Assembly (NCBI RefSeq): GCF_037042905.1
Contig: NC_087263.1
Span: forward strand, 14,758,001-14,818,000
Direction of reading: 5' to 3'
Source: Lytechinus pictus
Lineage: Eukaryota
Length of the DNA: 60,000 nt
How positions within the stretch are numbered: the stretch's first letter is position 1; each line of letters begins with the position of its first letter. Under the pieces are notes generated by a model. That model worked only from the letters and a program-made list of their open reading frames with translations. It had not been told where the DNA came from and searched no databases. The translations under genes and the position numbers were made by a program. Shown here in pieces: positions 1 to 13,310 of the stretch.

Positions 1-7
1 CCCACAG

Positions 8-2701
8 GGACAATTCTCGACAAAGACGGGAGAGGGCGCTTTCTACGTTGATTTTGGAAGCGACATAGCTGACATGTAAGAGGTTGATTTTTTTAGGTAT
101 TTCTTTATTGAACATAAAGTTCAAAACGTTTCACAAATCAGTTTTGTAAACGAATAAAGTTCCATCTAGTGAACAGAATTGTAATCATTTTCCCTTATCT
201 TTAGAAGTTCTGACGAAGCTTGCAACCGAACATTTACAAAACAGCAGGTAAATTGTCATGCTTGTTGATAAACGAGGGTTTGGGTTTTCTCATTTGAAAA
301 AAAGTAATTGCTGCGTTTCATTCTATCATTTCTTTCTTTCTGATATCAGGCAGTTACTAAAGGAACTGTACTTCTCAAAAGTTCTCAGCCAATCAAAATC
401 AAATAAAATTGTCGGATTAGGCAATTAATTGGTCGGCGAACAAATATTGATGAAATGCTTCCCTAATGTAACCATCGATAGAGTATATAAGACAAGAAGT
501 AAGAAGGTAGAGCAACCATTGACAAAATGGTAAATGTTCAATGTATCACGACCCATTTAGGTACATCCCATTGTTGTAAGAAATATTTACGTTTTTATTG
601 ACACTGTTTGGTCTTTTTATCATTATAGGTACGGAGGCTACTGGAACTGTTGGAGAGGATTATGCACTGGGGTTAATATTCAATTTGATCACTATTCTCA
701 AAACATCGATCCTTATTCCTCAGAAGATGATGACAGTGATAACAGGGCCTCCGCCATCTTGAAAATTGCCCTCTATGACCCATCGAGTTGTAAGTCACAA
801 CTCTTCGAAGACAAAGACTAAACACCTCTATGAAGTCAATTATCTAAACATTTATTTTCTTCCATTCTATATCATTCATTTTCAACATCAATTCGTACAA
901 ATTTAGTTGTCATAAAGCATATAAATATGGAGAAATATTTTTTATTGCAGAAGGTCCTTATAATCAAAATCGTGTGTTGGGATACGCCTATAGACAAATA
1001 TGCAAAAGAAAATGCGAAGTAAAACGGAATGAAGATCTTTAACGTCATTAAAAGAAAATTTGGAGTTGTTCGTTTCAGATATTTTGAAAAAGAAAGAACT
1101 TTTGGTGAACTTTTTGACCGATTCTGTTCCCAAGCGTAAGATCGTTACTCCTTGCGTAAATTAAAAAAAATAAAAGGATATAGATGAACAGGGGACATTG
1201 TCTATTTTGGTTCTAAATGTATTATATGTGTCGCTCTAGCGTTCTGGTCATTCAAGTGATTTTACTCCGATAAATGCATGTCGAAAAGCTTCAATATGCC
1301 CGTTTTTAAGGCAATTTTACGATAAAGATGTTCACCTCATATGTACCCCTGTAGGTGAAGAACTTATGGTAGACTCCTTGAGTGAGCCGATACATATCAA
1401 CATGTCGGTGACAGGAGTCAAGAGAAACCACCGATTGAAATGCCATATCTGGGACGAGGATGTGGAAGAATGGACCGATGAGGGCGTAGAGACGGAGAAG
1501 CTTGATCACGTGAAGGTTGAGTGTATGGTCCCACGTACCGGCACCTGTGTTGTCCTCGCTATACCTCGTGGAGGTGGGTACTTTGTTATTATTTTTCTGT
1601 TAACACAAGCTGATATTGGTAACATTTAATGCTTACAGCATTTCCACATTTCATTTTACCCATTTTTTCAATGAAGTGTAAAATAGCATTGTTGATTGAA
1701 AAACCTCGGTCATACGTGCCGTGGCCGGGGCTCGAACTTCGGACATTTGTGCGTCTCATGAATAGATCTTAGACCACTCGGTCACGGCACAACCGCAGGT
1801 AGAGGTGGGTATTGTGATTGAAAGCGTTTAGGTAACTTGGTATGACCAGTATGAAGAAAATAGATGTATGCCTATAATAGATGATATCCTGTGATTGTCC
1901 GAGTCAAAATGATCATCATTTGCTTCCATTGGTGTGAAATATATGAAGAATAATGGTCGCATCCAGAGTTTACCAAAAACGGCCAACTTTTACTGAAAAA
2001 AATACCATCACTCATTAGGATCATTTTTCTGAGATGTAAGCCTAAGACAAACAAAATATTGCTCACGGTGATAATTTCCCCTGTTTAAAAAAAAAGAAAA
2101 ACAAAAAGGGGTGAATCCCCCCCCCCCTCCGATGTACGCCTTAATTGGCCTTTAAATCCCGAACTGTCAGACAGTTATGTTATTAAATGCAGTCACATTT
2201 GAATCTTAGTGATTAATCCTCTCAATTCGAAGCCTTGTCATTTTGTCTGAACACTGAAATGCCACAAATATAAGATTATTATTCATTCTCTTATTTGCGA
2301 GATGAAAATTTTGAATACATTATTATGCATACATTTTAAATGTAGTTTTTGTAGATCCCAAGGTGGTCCAGCAAACATGGCAAAGATTTTTCAATCTCAT
2401 TCACCTATTCTAACATTTAATATATTTTATCTCTAAAAAAATGAACCAATAAAATTGTCCTTAAACATGTCTAATGACAGGGGCCAGCACCGTCGTGATC
2501 ATCCTCGTGAGCATCATCGGGGTCTTGCTCGCCCTAACCCTCATCGTCGCCCTCGTCATCTTCATCATGAAGAAGAGGAAGAAGGCCAAAGGAGAGGGCA
2601 ATGTCGCCACCAACGACAGAAGTTCGGCAGTGGCAACGGCCATGACGTCAGATGGTAAACAAATGGACGGTTCCCAGGAGGCTTCAACAGAGGTAAGTTA
2701 A
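8..2701 (+). CDS. 3' part of a multi-exon gene (exons 8-75, 629-789, 1355-1573, 2481-2692/2701): single-pass membrane protein with GAIN/GPS-like motif, REJ/PKD1-like family probable
   Basis: AG/GT-bounded exons join in phase: GQFSTKTGEGAFYVDFGSDIADM-YGGYWNCWRG...LYDPSS-CEELMVDSLSEPIHINMSV...KCHIWDEDVEEWTDEGV...ECMVPRTGTCVVLA-...TM (VVIILVSIIGVLLALTLIVALVIFIM) KKRKKAK. Ends at the donor at 2693 (GTAAGT) or the stop at 2699-2701. Confidence 0.8.
629..789 (+). CDS. Gene 1 internal exon
   Basis: ttatag|GTACGG...GAGTT|gtaag; phases 2/1 match neighbouring exons; open frame. Confidence 0.8.
1355..1573 (+). CDS. Gene 1 exon encoding degenerate GPS motif
   Basis: cctgtag|...GGAG|gtgggt; CxxW...W-x3-G...C pattern. 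Confidence 0.85.
2481..2692 (+). CDS. Gene 1 exon encoding transmembrane helix and cytoplasmic tail
   Basis: gacag| acceptor, phase 1; 26-residue hydrophobic run followed by KKRKKAK. Confidence 0.85.
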
Positions 2702-3129
2702 TTAATCAATAGGGCTTATCGTCAAAACATGAGAGCCAACAGGCTTTGAATTTTCAATTAATGAGAACATGATAAAAAGATGGCAAAAAGAAAAGAAGAA
2801 TGGCGAGTGAAAATTAATAGTAATGATTATCAAAATAAATATAATAATAATAATGAAAACTAGATTTTAATTCGTCATGCGGACGAATTAGGCGGTTTGT
2901 CCTTATTCTCGCCATCATGATCACCATTACCATGTTCCAGCAGATCAATATGATCTTCATGATGACAACGGAATGTTCATTATGGATGGAATACTTGTGA
3001 AAGACGGGAGATGATAAAGCACTGTGAAAATGGTCTCTTTGATTATGACAATACATGTGATATGAAAAAAGTAATTATAGTCTGTTTTATCTTGCTAAAT
3101 TTTAACTTTTATACCTTTTAATTATCATA

Positions 3130-4510
3130 AAGGATCATGTACGAGGTGGTAAAAAAGAAAAAAAAATCATCTTGTTTACCCCAGGACTCGAACCTGCGCC
3201 CCCGAGAACGCAAGTCAAGTGCGTTATCCATTGAGCCACGACATTCCCCATAGAGATTACACGTAAGCAAATTTGAGAATTGCAAATCCAATTTTGCAAG
3301 CGAAAAACGGGCATGATCCCGGCATCTGATCAAAAAATGGAGGGCACACTCCCGAAAGCTTAGAATCTCAGCTACAACATGTTAAAAGCTCAGAGACAAC
3401 TGACAAGAAAAAGTGGAGATATAGCTCACGAAATAGAGGAATGTAGAATCTAGTTTTGAGAAAAAGTCATGTCCCATAGAGATTACACGCAAAATGAGGA
3501 AAAATGACATGCCTCTTTTGATCGCTATTTTACGCCATGATGCGTTTTTCAAAATGAAAATTCATGTTAATTGAGGAGAATGAGTACATTCTAAACTACC
3601 ACATATCGAAAATTGGGCGAAAATTGACCAATATTCACGGAGTTAAAGCCTAATTTGCATAATTATTATGACGTCATAACAAGGAAAATTGATATTTTAA
3701 CTTCCGACGCCATTATGATGACGTCATGATCAAATTGAGGGACAATGGTGACATGAAATCAAATCTACAACTCATACTCTATCGATATATGAAAAAAAAA
3801 TGGGGGTCAACGCACTATTTAAAGAGCTACAGTGAATTTTTAATAGGCATGTTTTGCAAACTTTTGCAAATGTGCTGCAAACTTTAACGGGTGTTAATTT
3901 CGTTATTAATGGTCGTAGAAGGTTGATGAAGGTATTAAATTGCTCAGAATTATATTATCAATGCAATGATATAAAAAGAACGGCGTTTCTGCGTTGCGTT
4001 GAAGGCGTTACGCGCGGAAACGCGCTCGCATACGTGTGCGTGCGCAAATTTTTGAAATGCTTAAAATGACCTGAAACGTACTCTACTTTGGTCAAAAAGT
4101 GATTTTGAGCAATTTGAAATTTTGACGAGCGCGTACGCGCGCGTCGTGACCACCAGGTGACCTTTGATGACATGAACTGTTGACCATTGACCTGAAGTTA
4201 ATGTGATGTAAATATTGTTAATTTTTGATAATTGATAATGGAGATATGATTGATAATGTGATTTTACAAAATGGCGTCTAGATGACGTCATCATGACCTG
4301 ATGACTATGAAAATGTTATTGTCACGTCTTATGACAATGACCTTTAACTGTGCCAAAATTGAAAGAAATTGACAAAACCGATCTGGAGTTATCCTTGGAA
4401 CCAAAAATTGGCGGAAATAAAATAAATAATGATAATAATAATAATAATAAAGAAGAAAGAAAATTCTGACAAAACTAATAGGTGATCTGTCGTTGACAGA
4501 CCACCTAATA
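3130..4510 (-). mobile_element. Helentron-associated (HINE/DINE-like) non-autonomous element containing a tRNA-like segment
   Basis: Terminal hairpin aggtgatctgtc-gtt-gacagaccacct (about 4480-4506) next to (AAT)n; short subterminal match aggtggt near 3143. Boundaries approximate. Confidence 0.45.
3175..3246 (-). pseudogene. tRNA-like pseudogene/SINE head (TGC at the anticodon position)
   Basis: Minus strand has A-box TGGCTCAATGG and B-box GGTTCGAGTCC, but the acceptor stem does not pair. Confidence 0.55.
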
Positions 4511-5779
4511 ATAATAATAGAAATTTATGTGAACTTTGTGTTGCCCCCCCCCCTGTCGACGTAGACTGACGCTGCCATGGATGCAGCTCAATATCGACCT
4601 TGTAAATGAAGCGACTTCCTACTTTATATTACTCCTTGTATTTTTTATGTTTTTTGTATAACAATGGAAACTGTAAATGAGATTATAATGTATCTTCTCA
4701 GTTTACTCGGATATAAGGAAGCGCTCAGATAAAATGAATATTACAAAAATACAAGGGGAATAGGTCTTTATATTTCGGCTTTTGACAACTGAATTTATTT
4801 TTTTAATTACAAATCCTGAAGATAGTAGGCACAAGGCAATATTACTTCCCGTTTGCAAGAGATATATGTACAAAATATGTGTACATATTCGAAGATAGTA
4901 TCTTTTGCCGACAACTGATATCATTTTTGTCTCGCCCGAACCACCCGGAGGGGGGGGGGGGGCACATCCATTGACCAGTGGATATCATGCGCGTCCAAAA
5001 CACTAAAATACTGAAAAAGGGTATATGTTTTGCCTAGAAATTTAAGCTACGTTTTCAATTACGGTCCAATTTGCGAGGGTATAAAAAGACAATGCTTTAT
5101 AAAGGATGTACTCTTTGCGCCAGCACTACGTTTTAAATTTTTGTCCTCACACGGCACTACTCTTTTGTGTCCCCCCCCCTTATTTTTTTTCTAACTTTAC
5201 ATGCAAACTGTACTAGAGATTAATGTGAATTCAACCAACTTGTGTCTCTTCTCAATATACACGATATAAGGAAGCGCTCAGATATATAAAACGAATATCA
5301 CAAAAATACAATGGGAATTCGGGCTTTACTTCCCGTTTGCAATATATAAAAACATGCTATACAAAAATACAATTAATGTGCAAATATTTGAAATCAATGA
5401 CCCGAATTCACAAAGGTGGTCTTGAAATCCATCGGTTCAACCCGGGTTCAACCGATGGTTTATATTAACATCTTTTTTAATCGGACCAATAAGTTCTTTT
5501 GACAACTCATATTCTTTTCGTGTAACAAAATCTAAACAACTTCCAATTACATCGTCGCTTTGAGTAAATAGCAGTTTTCAGTACCCGATATGGATTTGCC
5601 TTTGCTTATTTTAAGGTTTTTTATTGCATGATCACTTATACATAATAAAAAAAATTGTGCATACCCTTCGCAAATGGGACTTACGTTTGTGTTTATATCA
5701 TTTTCAATAACTGTTTACATCATTTTCAATAACTGATTAATGTTGATGTTGTTTAGGTGTTATTCTAAGTAATTCCTTA

Positions 5780-5946
5780 TGCTGTATAATTTTATTTCTG
5801 TAAAGTGCATTGAGAGTCCTTTCAGATCTGAAATGCGCTATATAAGAACTGCATTATTATTATTATTATCATCATTATTATTATTATTATTGTTGTTATC
5901 ATTATTATTATTATTATTACCATCTTCATTATTATTATTATTATTA
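5780..5946 (+). repeat. LINE/SINE 3' tail (L2-like) followed by (TTA)n microsatellite
   Basis: gtaaagtgcattgag...aatgcgctatataagaactgcattattattatt, then extended TTA repeats. Confidence 0.5.
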
Positions 5947-6290
5947 TGATTTTCACTCATCGCCCATTGTTACTGTTAGCATTTTTGTGCCCCTCCTTGT
6001 GTTTCATTTATCACAACAATAATGTATGTCTATTATCTTCAAATATGATTTGGTATTTTATTTGCGTTTATCTCATTATTTTCACATCACTAGTTGTATT
6101 ATTATTGTTTATCATATTTTTTTTCTTTGCATGGTTTTCTTTCATTTTCATTTCCTGCCCCTTCTAGTATGCGTATGATTTCAACATGCAGAACATGGCC
6201 GCGTCAAAGGTCAATTGCTAAAGAGTGATTTCATCTTTGAGGATACGCTTCTTCATCTGTGAATCAACATTGCTTTTATTTATTCATTAA

Positions 6291-6874
6291 AGCAGAATGA
6301 AACTCTTGGAGCAAGTTAGCTTTTGTGAAAGCAGAAAAATCAAAGAATAAGATCAACAAAAGTTTGAGTAAAATAGGACTAGCAAAAGAAGAGTTATGAG
6401 CATTTGAATGTCGAGATCACTAATGCTATGGAGATCCTCCCATTGGCAATGCGACCAAGATCTATGATGTCACAGATGAACAACTTTCCCCATTTGGACA
6501 CTGAAAATATACCCCAAAACATCTCTTTTTGCTCATTCTAATCATATGACAAACGATTCATCAATGATATATTGTTGTGAAACCTCTGTACTTGTCCTCT
6601 CATAAAGAGAACACCTCACCTTGTGATAGACTCTATAAAAGTGAGAATATAAGTGAAATAAGTACTAAAGTAATGAGGGAGTTGTACGTGTGTGACATCA
6701 CAGATCTTGGTCGCATTGCCAATCGGAGGATCTACATGGCATTAATGATCTCAATATTCAAATGCTCATAACTTTCTTATTATTCATTCAATCTTCCTCA
6801 AACTTTCAACAATATGTTTGTTTGATTTTTCTCTTTGATATGGATTCAGCTGGTTTTAAGGGTTTCATTCTCCT
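6291..6874. mobile_element. TTAA-flanked MITE with long TIRs (Kolobok-like)
   Basis: ttaa|agcagaatgaaac...gtttcattctcct|ttaa; same family as 44358-44936. Confidence 0.75.
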
Positions 6875-8998
6875 TTAATATCACAGTATTCTATATTTCA
6901 TTATCTTAATGAATATTGAGGGAGGGAGGGAATGATTCCCTGCATCAATAGTTATGGATAATAGAGTATTGACGATATTGTACATAGTGTGATTATAACA
7001 ATCATTAAATATTTCAAATTATGAAATGCGCATCTGAAAAGAAAACTAGATAGAATGCGTACTCTAAATGCTATATATTATTTATATCAAAATATTTCTT
7101 AGTTTTAGTCATTTCTTTACATCGGAAAAGTGCAATATATGTAAAGTAATTATATAAATATGGTCCATGCATTAACGTAATCTGTCATTATGCGTAGTGT
7201 GTGAACGGAAACTCAAATTTAGTTTATTTCAAATATGTAGTCGGCGACAGGAATGTGTAAATATTACGTACTGTAGGCCGACACCTCTCATCATTACAAT
7301 TGCTTTTAATATAATGCGATTTTCCCATTAGGCCCAAATCGCGCATGATTAAGTAATTTAATGTAATTATGTAGAAAGGTTTGCCGGAACACTCGATTGT
7401 GAATCTTGTCCTGCCATTATGTACTTAAAATGATGTAGAGCAATGGACTTTAAAAGAGTATGCATTTTTTTAATATTTTAAAAATATGTATATTTTAGTG
7501 CAGTCTTTATGTGCAATCGCCAATATATAAACGTAGGCGACGGGGCGTCGGGTTCTGTCTGTAGGGCGGTGGTCGCAACACTATTTGCCACTGCGTCCTA
7601 TATGACTATCCCGAGGTCTCGCCGCCCCCTAACCTGTCTTTTCTTCTTTTTTTCATTGTGGGGAAATTGTTATATGTGTAATTTTTTGTTATATTGTTTA
7701 TTTGTATTCATCATTTATAACATTGGTCCTGTACTTTGTCCTAAAAACAAGTAACCTGGACTTATTTTAATTGTACTTGTCATATCGAATAAACGTAATA
7801 GGAAAACACATTTTATTACTTAGACAATATTGCACAATCTAATGACAGATTACGTTTATAGCATTAAACATCTATAATGAATATTTTTAACGAAGTTGAA
7901 TATTTATTTATTTTTAAATGCAATTCGGTGATGGGATTGTGTAAATAATATGCGTAAATATAACTGAAATATAAAAATAGATATCTATAACGACGCGCAA
8001 TTCTAGCTTTAGTACGCGTTTACCAAACATCTGTCTACTTTTGCAGTGCCTTAAAAATATCTTAACATTTTCTTTTTCAAGACTCACTATCATTTTAAAG
8101 CTAACTTTGTGCAAATTTTTCATTTCATGTCTCGCAACCAATTGTAAACCATTAAAAATCGCTCATACCGTTTTGCCTTTCTTATCAAGAGTCTTCCAAA
8201 ATTATGGTGATTCAGCCCTTTAATTCCTTATTCGTAGGTTTGGTCACATCCCCTGAGGTGAATTGTTACAACGTGAAGGATATGATATGAACATGAATTT
8301 CCTTGGATAAATCTTGCGATTTAAGAGGACAAAATTTCGGGTGCACGATCCAAAATAAGAAATGACTGGGCGTCATAATAAATGATCATGTGTTATTCAG
8401 GGAACGGTGGGAGAACTGTTTTTTCAGAACTGAAGTGGCAACCCCGGCAAACATGCGACGTTATTATTATTGTTTATTATTATTATTATAATTATATCCT
8501 ATTTGATATTAAACCACTTCCCAGGCATGGGATGCCTATAGAACAATGTCAAGATACATTCTTCGTCTGTAACTTTCTGATATCAAATAATGCTTACTAT
8601 GTGATATAATGTGAGTTTTCAAATGACTATCTGTTTTTAGAAAAAAAACGTCATCGTCACCAAAAGAGGAAGCTCGATCATTAATCCATTTTTTTTTCTG
8701 AATTCAAATGACAACAAAGATTAACGCTTGAAAAAAAATAATCGATGGCCATTAGAATATCAGACAATACTCCAGAATAGGTCTCTAATTTACATGACTG
8801 ACCCTTTGCCAAAAAAATAGACGAGCGTTAAATCAATGAAATGTACCGACTTGTATAGGCATAAATTGGTTTAAGTTGCTACCATGGTAATGAATGGAAC
8901 CGCGTATTGAGTGCAGAATTACTCGACCACTGGAAGCGATTTCCAAGGCCGACATCACATGAATTTTTTGTTTACCGAGGGGGGGGGGGGGGGGTGGA

Positions 8999-9163
8999 GG
9001 AGGGTGTTTCACAAAGATTTAAGTATGACTTAGAGTCACACTCAATTATCAAGATGCGTGCGGTATAAAAGGTACGACCGCATTGGTCAGACCATGCCAA
9101 GAGTACGCGTCGGCATTTAAGTGCAACTCTAAGTCATACTTAAATCTTTGTGAAACACCCTCC
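8999..9163. mobile_element. Short palindromic MITE (PIF/Harbinger-like)
   Basis: ggagggtgtttcacaaagatttaagtatgacttagag ... ctctaagtcatacttaaatctttgtgaaacaccctcc. Confidence 0.7.
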
Positions 9164-9553
9164 GGGTCCGTTTATTGCAGCCTTTATTACATTAATCATT
9201 GGATCATTGTACTAATTAATCATTAGATCATTATGATAACCATTAAATCATTGAAATTTTGCACTTATAGAATAACTACGAAAGTTCATGGTCATGGGAA
9301 AGTTATTAAGGGCAAACGATTTTTTTCTTAACAGCTTAATGGAAGTGTATTAATTAGTGTCATGTATTGGTTGCCGGGTTTATATTACATTAAACTAATT
9401 AAAGTGGGGATTAGATTATTATTTTCTTACATGTATTACTAACGTCTGTTCATTGTAATTTTGAGCGTCACTATGACACTCCCAAAGGGATGAGAAAAGG
9501 TATATGGGCCTCATATTTGTCAAACAGTTCATGTTTCTCTATTTTTTTTCAAG

Positions 9554-10208
9554 CATGGACCTATTAGAGATGGACACTCATCAATTAGGTAATGACTTTC
9601 ATTTCGCTCTGAATAACATTCTTTTTATATTTGGCTACTTTGATCCTCCTGTGTTGCGCCCTCAGTTAGACCATGAGTTGAAAGGAGCAGTTCTTGATCA
9701 GACATTAATATTGCACAAACTGTATGCGCAGAAGATGATATATCACTTAAGAATGCATATTTTAAGATTTAAGATTTTAAGAGACAATATTGTGATTGTT
9801 TCTTTGTTATCCCTTTGTTTCCAAGTTTCCGCCTAAAATTCCAGAGATACATGGCACATGGCGTGTAGATATCGTGTATCTCTCAATGTTATTGAGGTCA
9901 TTATGTGTTTGCGGAAATTTGCGTATCGAATAATAACATATTTTATATCACAAAATCGTCTGCTTCTGAATTTTGCTGCACCAAATCTAAAGCATGTTGA
10001 TTAAAAGACATATTCTGATTAAGCACATCAGCCAACAAAAACCAAGGAGAGGGAATCTGTCCCTTTGTAAATGATCATATACGCCTTGGTAGACGCTATT
10101 GTCAGAACACCTGTATGTTCTCATTAAGATTCACGTAATCACTCGGCGGTGGATCTCATTCGATCAACGAAAGAATTGTGTTGAATGTCCATCTCTAATA
10201 GGTCCATG
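9554..10208. mobile_element. TIR MITE, second copy at 48579-49317
   Basis: TIR catggacctattagagatggac...gtccatctctaataggtccatg; interior matches 48860-49025 in reverse orientation. Confidence 0.75.
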
Positions 10209-10223
10209 ATTTAAGTGTACTTG

Positions 10224-10713
10224 GATGTTGTTTGAAGGTTTGCATGGTGGTATGTACAATCGCTGATGTGGTTTACGGTACACCATGTGAAGTGTTATAG
10301 AAACAGTGGATAGAAGAAGAGAAGAAATGGAAAGGCGAGAAAGTGGAGATTTGAGAGTAGAGTATTCTTTCTTGAAAGTAGTCCTGAAAAGGACTGTAAA
10401 CCAGGAAAGATTGATGAGTTGAGAACAGCTTGAGTAGTAGAGCTAATGAGGAGATGCTGGCTCTAGTAGTAGAGTCTCTCTACTACTCATCATCTCTACT
10501 CGCCGACTCAAGCCAGCATCTCCTCATTAGCTCTACTACTCAAGCTGTTCTCAACTCATCAATCTTTCCTGGTTTACAGTCCTTTTCAGGACTACTTTCA
10601 AGAAAGAATACTCTACTCTCAAATCTCCACTTTCTCGCCTATCCATTTCTTCTCTTCTTCTATCCACTGTTTCTATAACACTTCACATGGTGTACCGTAA
10701 ACCACATCAGCGA
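10224..10713 (-). mobile_element. Penelope-like retroelement remnant: 205-bp inverted repeat plus 34-bp tail, 13-bp TSD
   Basis: Arms 10258-10462 and 10511-10715 with one mismatch seen; TSD ttaagtgtacttg at 10211-10223 and 10714-10726. Confidence 0.65.
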
Positions 10714-12271
10714 TTAAGTGTACTTGTAGTTCGTCTTGACCCATGATAATTTAAAGCATTTACATACATGTTGGCGACAATGAAGAGTCCCGTGAGATAT
10801 CATCAGGGCTTGATTCAAATTGAAGACACCCAAAAATTACTAATTAACTATTAAATCCAAGGAAACTACAATGATTTTCTATATATTTATATAGCTTGAG
10901 TAGTTCCCATGATAAGAAATAAATCAATTATCCGTTACACAATGATAATTATTATATTATCTTTTGATTTCCCATGTTAATGACACAAAACGTCGTCAGC
11001 CTTTCACTCGAGTCTGCCTTAAAGTAGTTATTTCTTTAATACAGAGCATACTCATTCTTAATATACCAAATATTTTCCAGAAATTAGGCAGCTTTAGAGT
11101 TCCGACGCATAGTACCCGTTTGTTCGAGCCAAGCGCGTAACATCATTATGTCCAATTAGCGCGTAGCGCCACAGTGGTTTGTAGCAATTAAAAGGTAATG
11201 CACAGCGCACACCAAACGATTTGGAAAAAAAAGTTGGAAAAAAAATCTGTAATAACAATTAATATGATCATTACAGCCAATACAATCTTAAACGGCATAT
11301 TATGTCTTGTAAATAGTATGATACTATATTCGAAATCGCAGTATGTAATATTACTAGCCTCCTTGTGGGAATAGGCCTAAAAAAATAGCTCAATTATAGA
11401 TCGTAGTGACGTCATAGAAGTTTTGACATCCGCTACGATTTGAAACCAAATTGATTTTTACTCCGACCCGAATACAAATGATAATAATAATAATACTGGA
11501 AATTTAGAGGCGCTAAAAACCATAGTGCGTACAGTGTATGAATAATAATTTAACTAATACAAAGCTTACAGTAAAGCGGAAATTTGAATTTTTGTATTTC
11601 TAACAATACTCTGCACATCTATAACGTGATTTTTTTTACCTATTCGAACTTCATTTTTAAAGCAAACTGCGATTGTTAAAGAGATATCGGGTCTCATACG
11701 ACGGAATTGTGTGAGAAGGGCTTAATACACACAGCGTCTGTTGTTATATGATGTTTTAACAAGTGATACTCGTATCGTTTCTTTACATTTTATTCTAACC
11801 ATTTGTATTAGCAACGGGTAAATTGAAATACCGTAAAGTCGGTCGTCTGAAACTGACAAACAATAAATTATTGTGAGATTAGTTCATAACGGGTTGCATT
11901 TCTCTAAATTGTACATATAAATATAGTAATGGCATCAAAGTATTTTAATTAGTAATTATCTTGAATTATGGAAACTCTTTTATTGTTCAAGTGTAAGCTG
12001 ACTCTTTTCTATTAATTAAACTTTTCTATTTATCTGGTGACGGATCATTAAAATAAAAACACTATTAAAATAATTGTTATTTATTCTGTGTTTCGATTTG
12101 GTGGTATGAATCCTCATGATAACAAGGACACATTGAACAAGCGAGAGAAGACTCTATTTGACATATGAAGAGAAAGGGCACTTGGTTACTGATGTTACTG
12201 TTACACACATTACCGTTACACACGTTACATTTTGTTCGACGGTTATTTCACCCCCTTTAAACTAGACATAA

Positions 12272-12826
12272 CGGCCCGTATTCTGAAGTACAATGTCGGT
12301 TTCCATATTCAACGGCAGTATGAATCATGATTGAAAACGTGATTACAAAACGCGCATATAATGACATACAAAGGTGTGTTCACTGTCCTCCATTCCCTGT
12401 CTTAAAAGTAAACGTCTTTCAAATCATGATTCAGAGGAAAATGTAAACATTAGACCATGGTCTATCTCTGTGCTATTATTATGGGAAGTCCAATAATGCA
12501 AAATATTCATTTGTCTCGCAATCTACTATGGTCAACAAGGAGATTCGTGAATACCCTCTAGCGATTATTTCAGTCCGCAATAATGAACCTATTTAGTATG
12601 CAAAATATTGTTTATATTGCATATAAATGTTTATTATTTTGTTTCCCCTTGCTTTCATGATTAAAAAAAATATCAAGGTTATCATTCCCAGACAATTATG
12701 AATGGTTGAATGCCAAATGAGCTGATAAATTGAACATTACTAATAAAGAGCTGTGTCATAATTGGCTATCCATATACCAGAACTGTAAAGTAGAGTTTAA
12801 TTTAAACCCGACTTCAGAATACGGGC
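12272..12826. mobile_element. Harbinger-like MITE (relative at 57211-57498)
   Basis: TIR ggcccgtattctgaag...cttcagaatacgggc. Confidence 0.6.
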
Positions 12827-13083
12827 TAACGTCACAAGAATGTGTTTTGGAATATTAAAAATATGGAGATGTTTTCGCCTTCATCGAAATTTTAAAGAAA
12901 AAAATATGAAAGAACTCGTATGTAATTTTTCCATTTTAATGATTTTTTCGTTACCTCCAATCCCATAATGTTCACTTTGATTGGTGTTTTAAGATCTCAA
13001 GGAAATCGATGAAATTAAAAACAAAGAAATGTTCAGTCTGGAAAGACCTTTGATATACTTGAACTTGAACATCTTTGAAGAAG

Positions 13084-13310
13084 CCCTACTGGAAAGAGCA
13101 CATTGCCCCACAGCTGACAGTGTTTGCCACAGTGTGGAACAATGTGAAATCACCTTCACACTGTTAAATTTGAGCATTCCAAAAGTGTAAATCACATATT
13201 CACATATAGTGGACCATGTGAACACGCTGTGAACAGACACACTGCCGTGGTATCCACAGTGGGAAATTATCCTCACACTGTTGAATCTGAGCATTTTAAC
13301 AGTGTGAATA
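13084..13310. repeat. Dispersed repeat family rich in cacactgt/acagtgtg (other copies about 22995-23195, 47240-47612, 59255-59508)
   Basis: Shared motif ttcacactgttaaatttgagcatt and end ccct(a/g)ctgga. Confidence 0.6.

Noticed and set aside
3175..3246. Functional tRNA-Ala gene
   Set aside because: Acceptor stem does not pair and the anticodon stem is weak; lies within a repeat.
10430..10678. 82-aa ORF
   Set aside because: Lies inside the foldback; no splice context or protein-like motifs.
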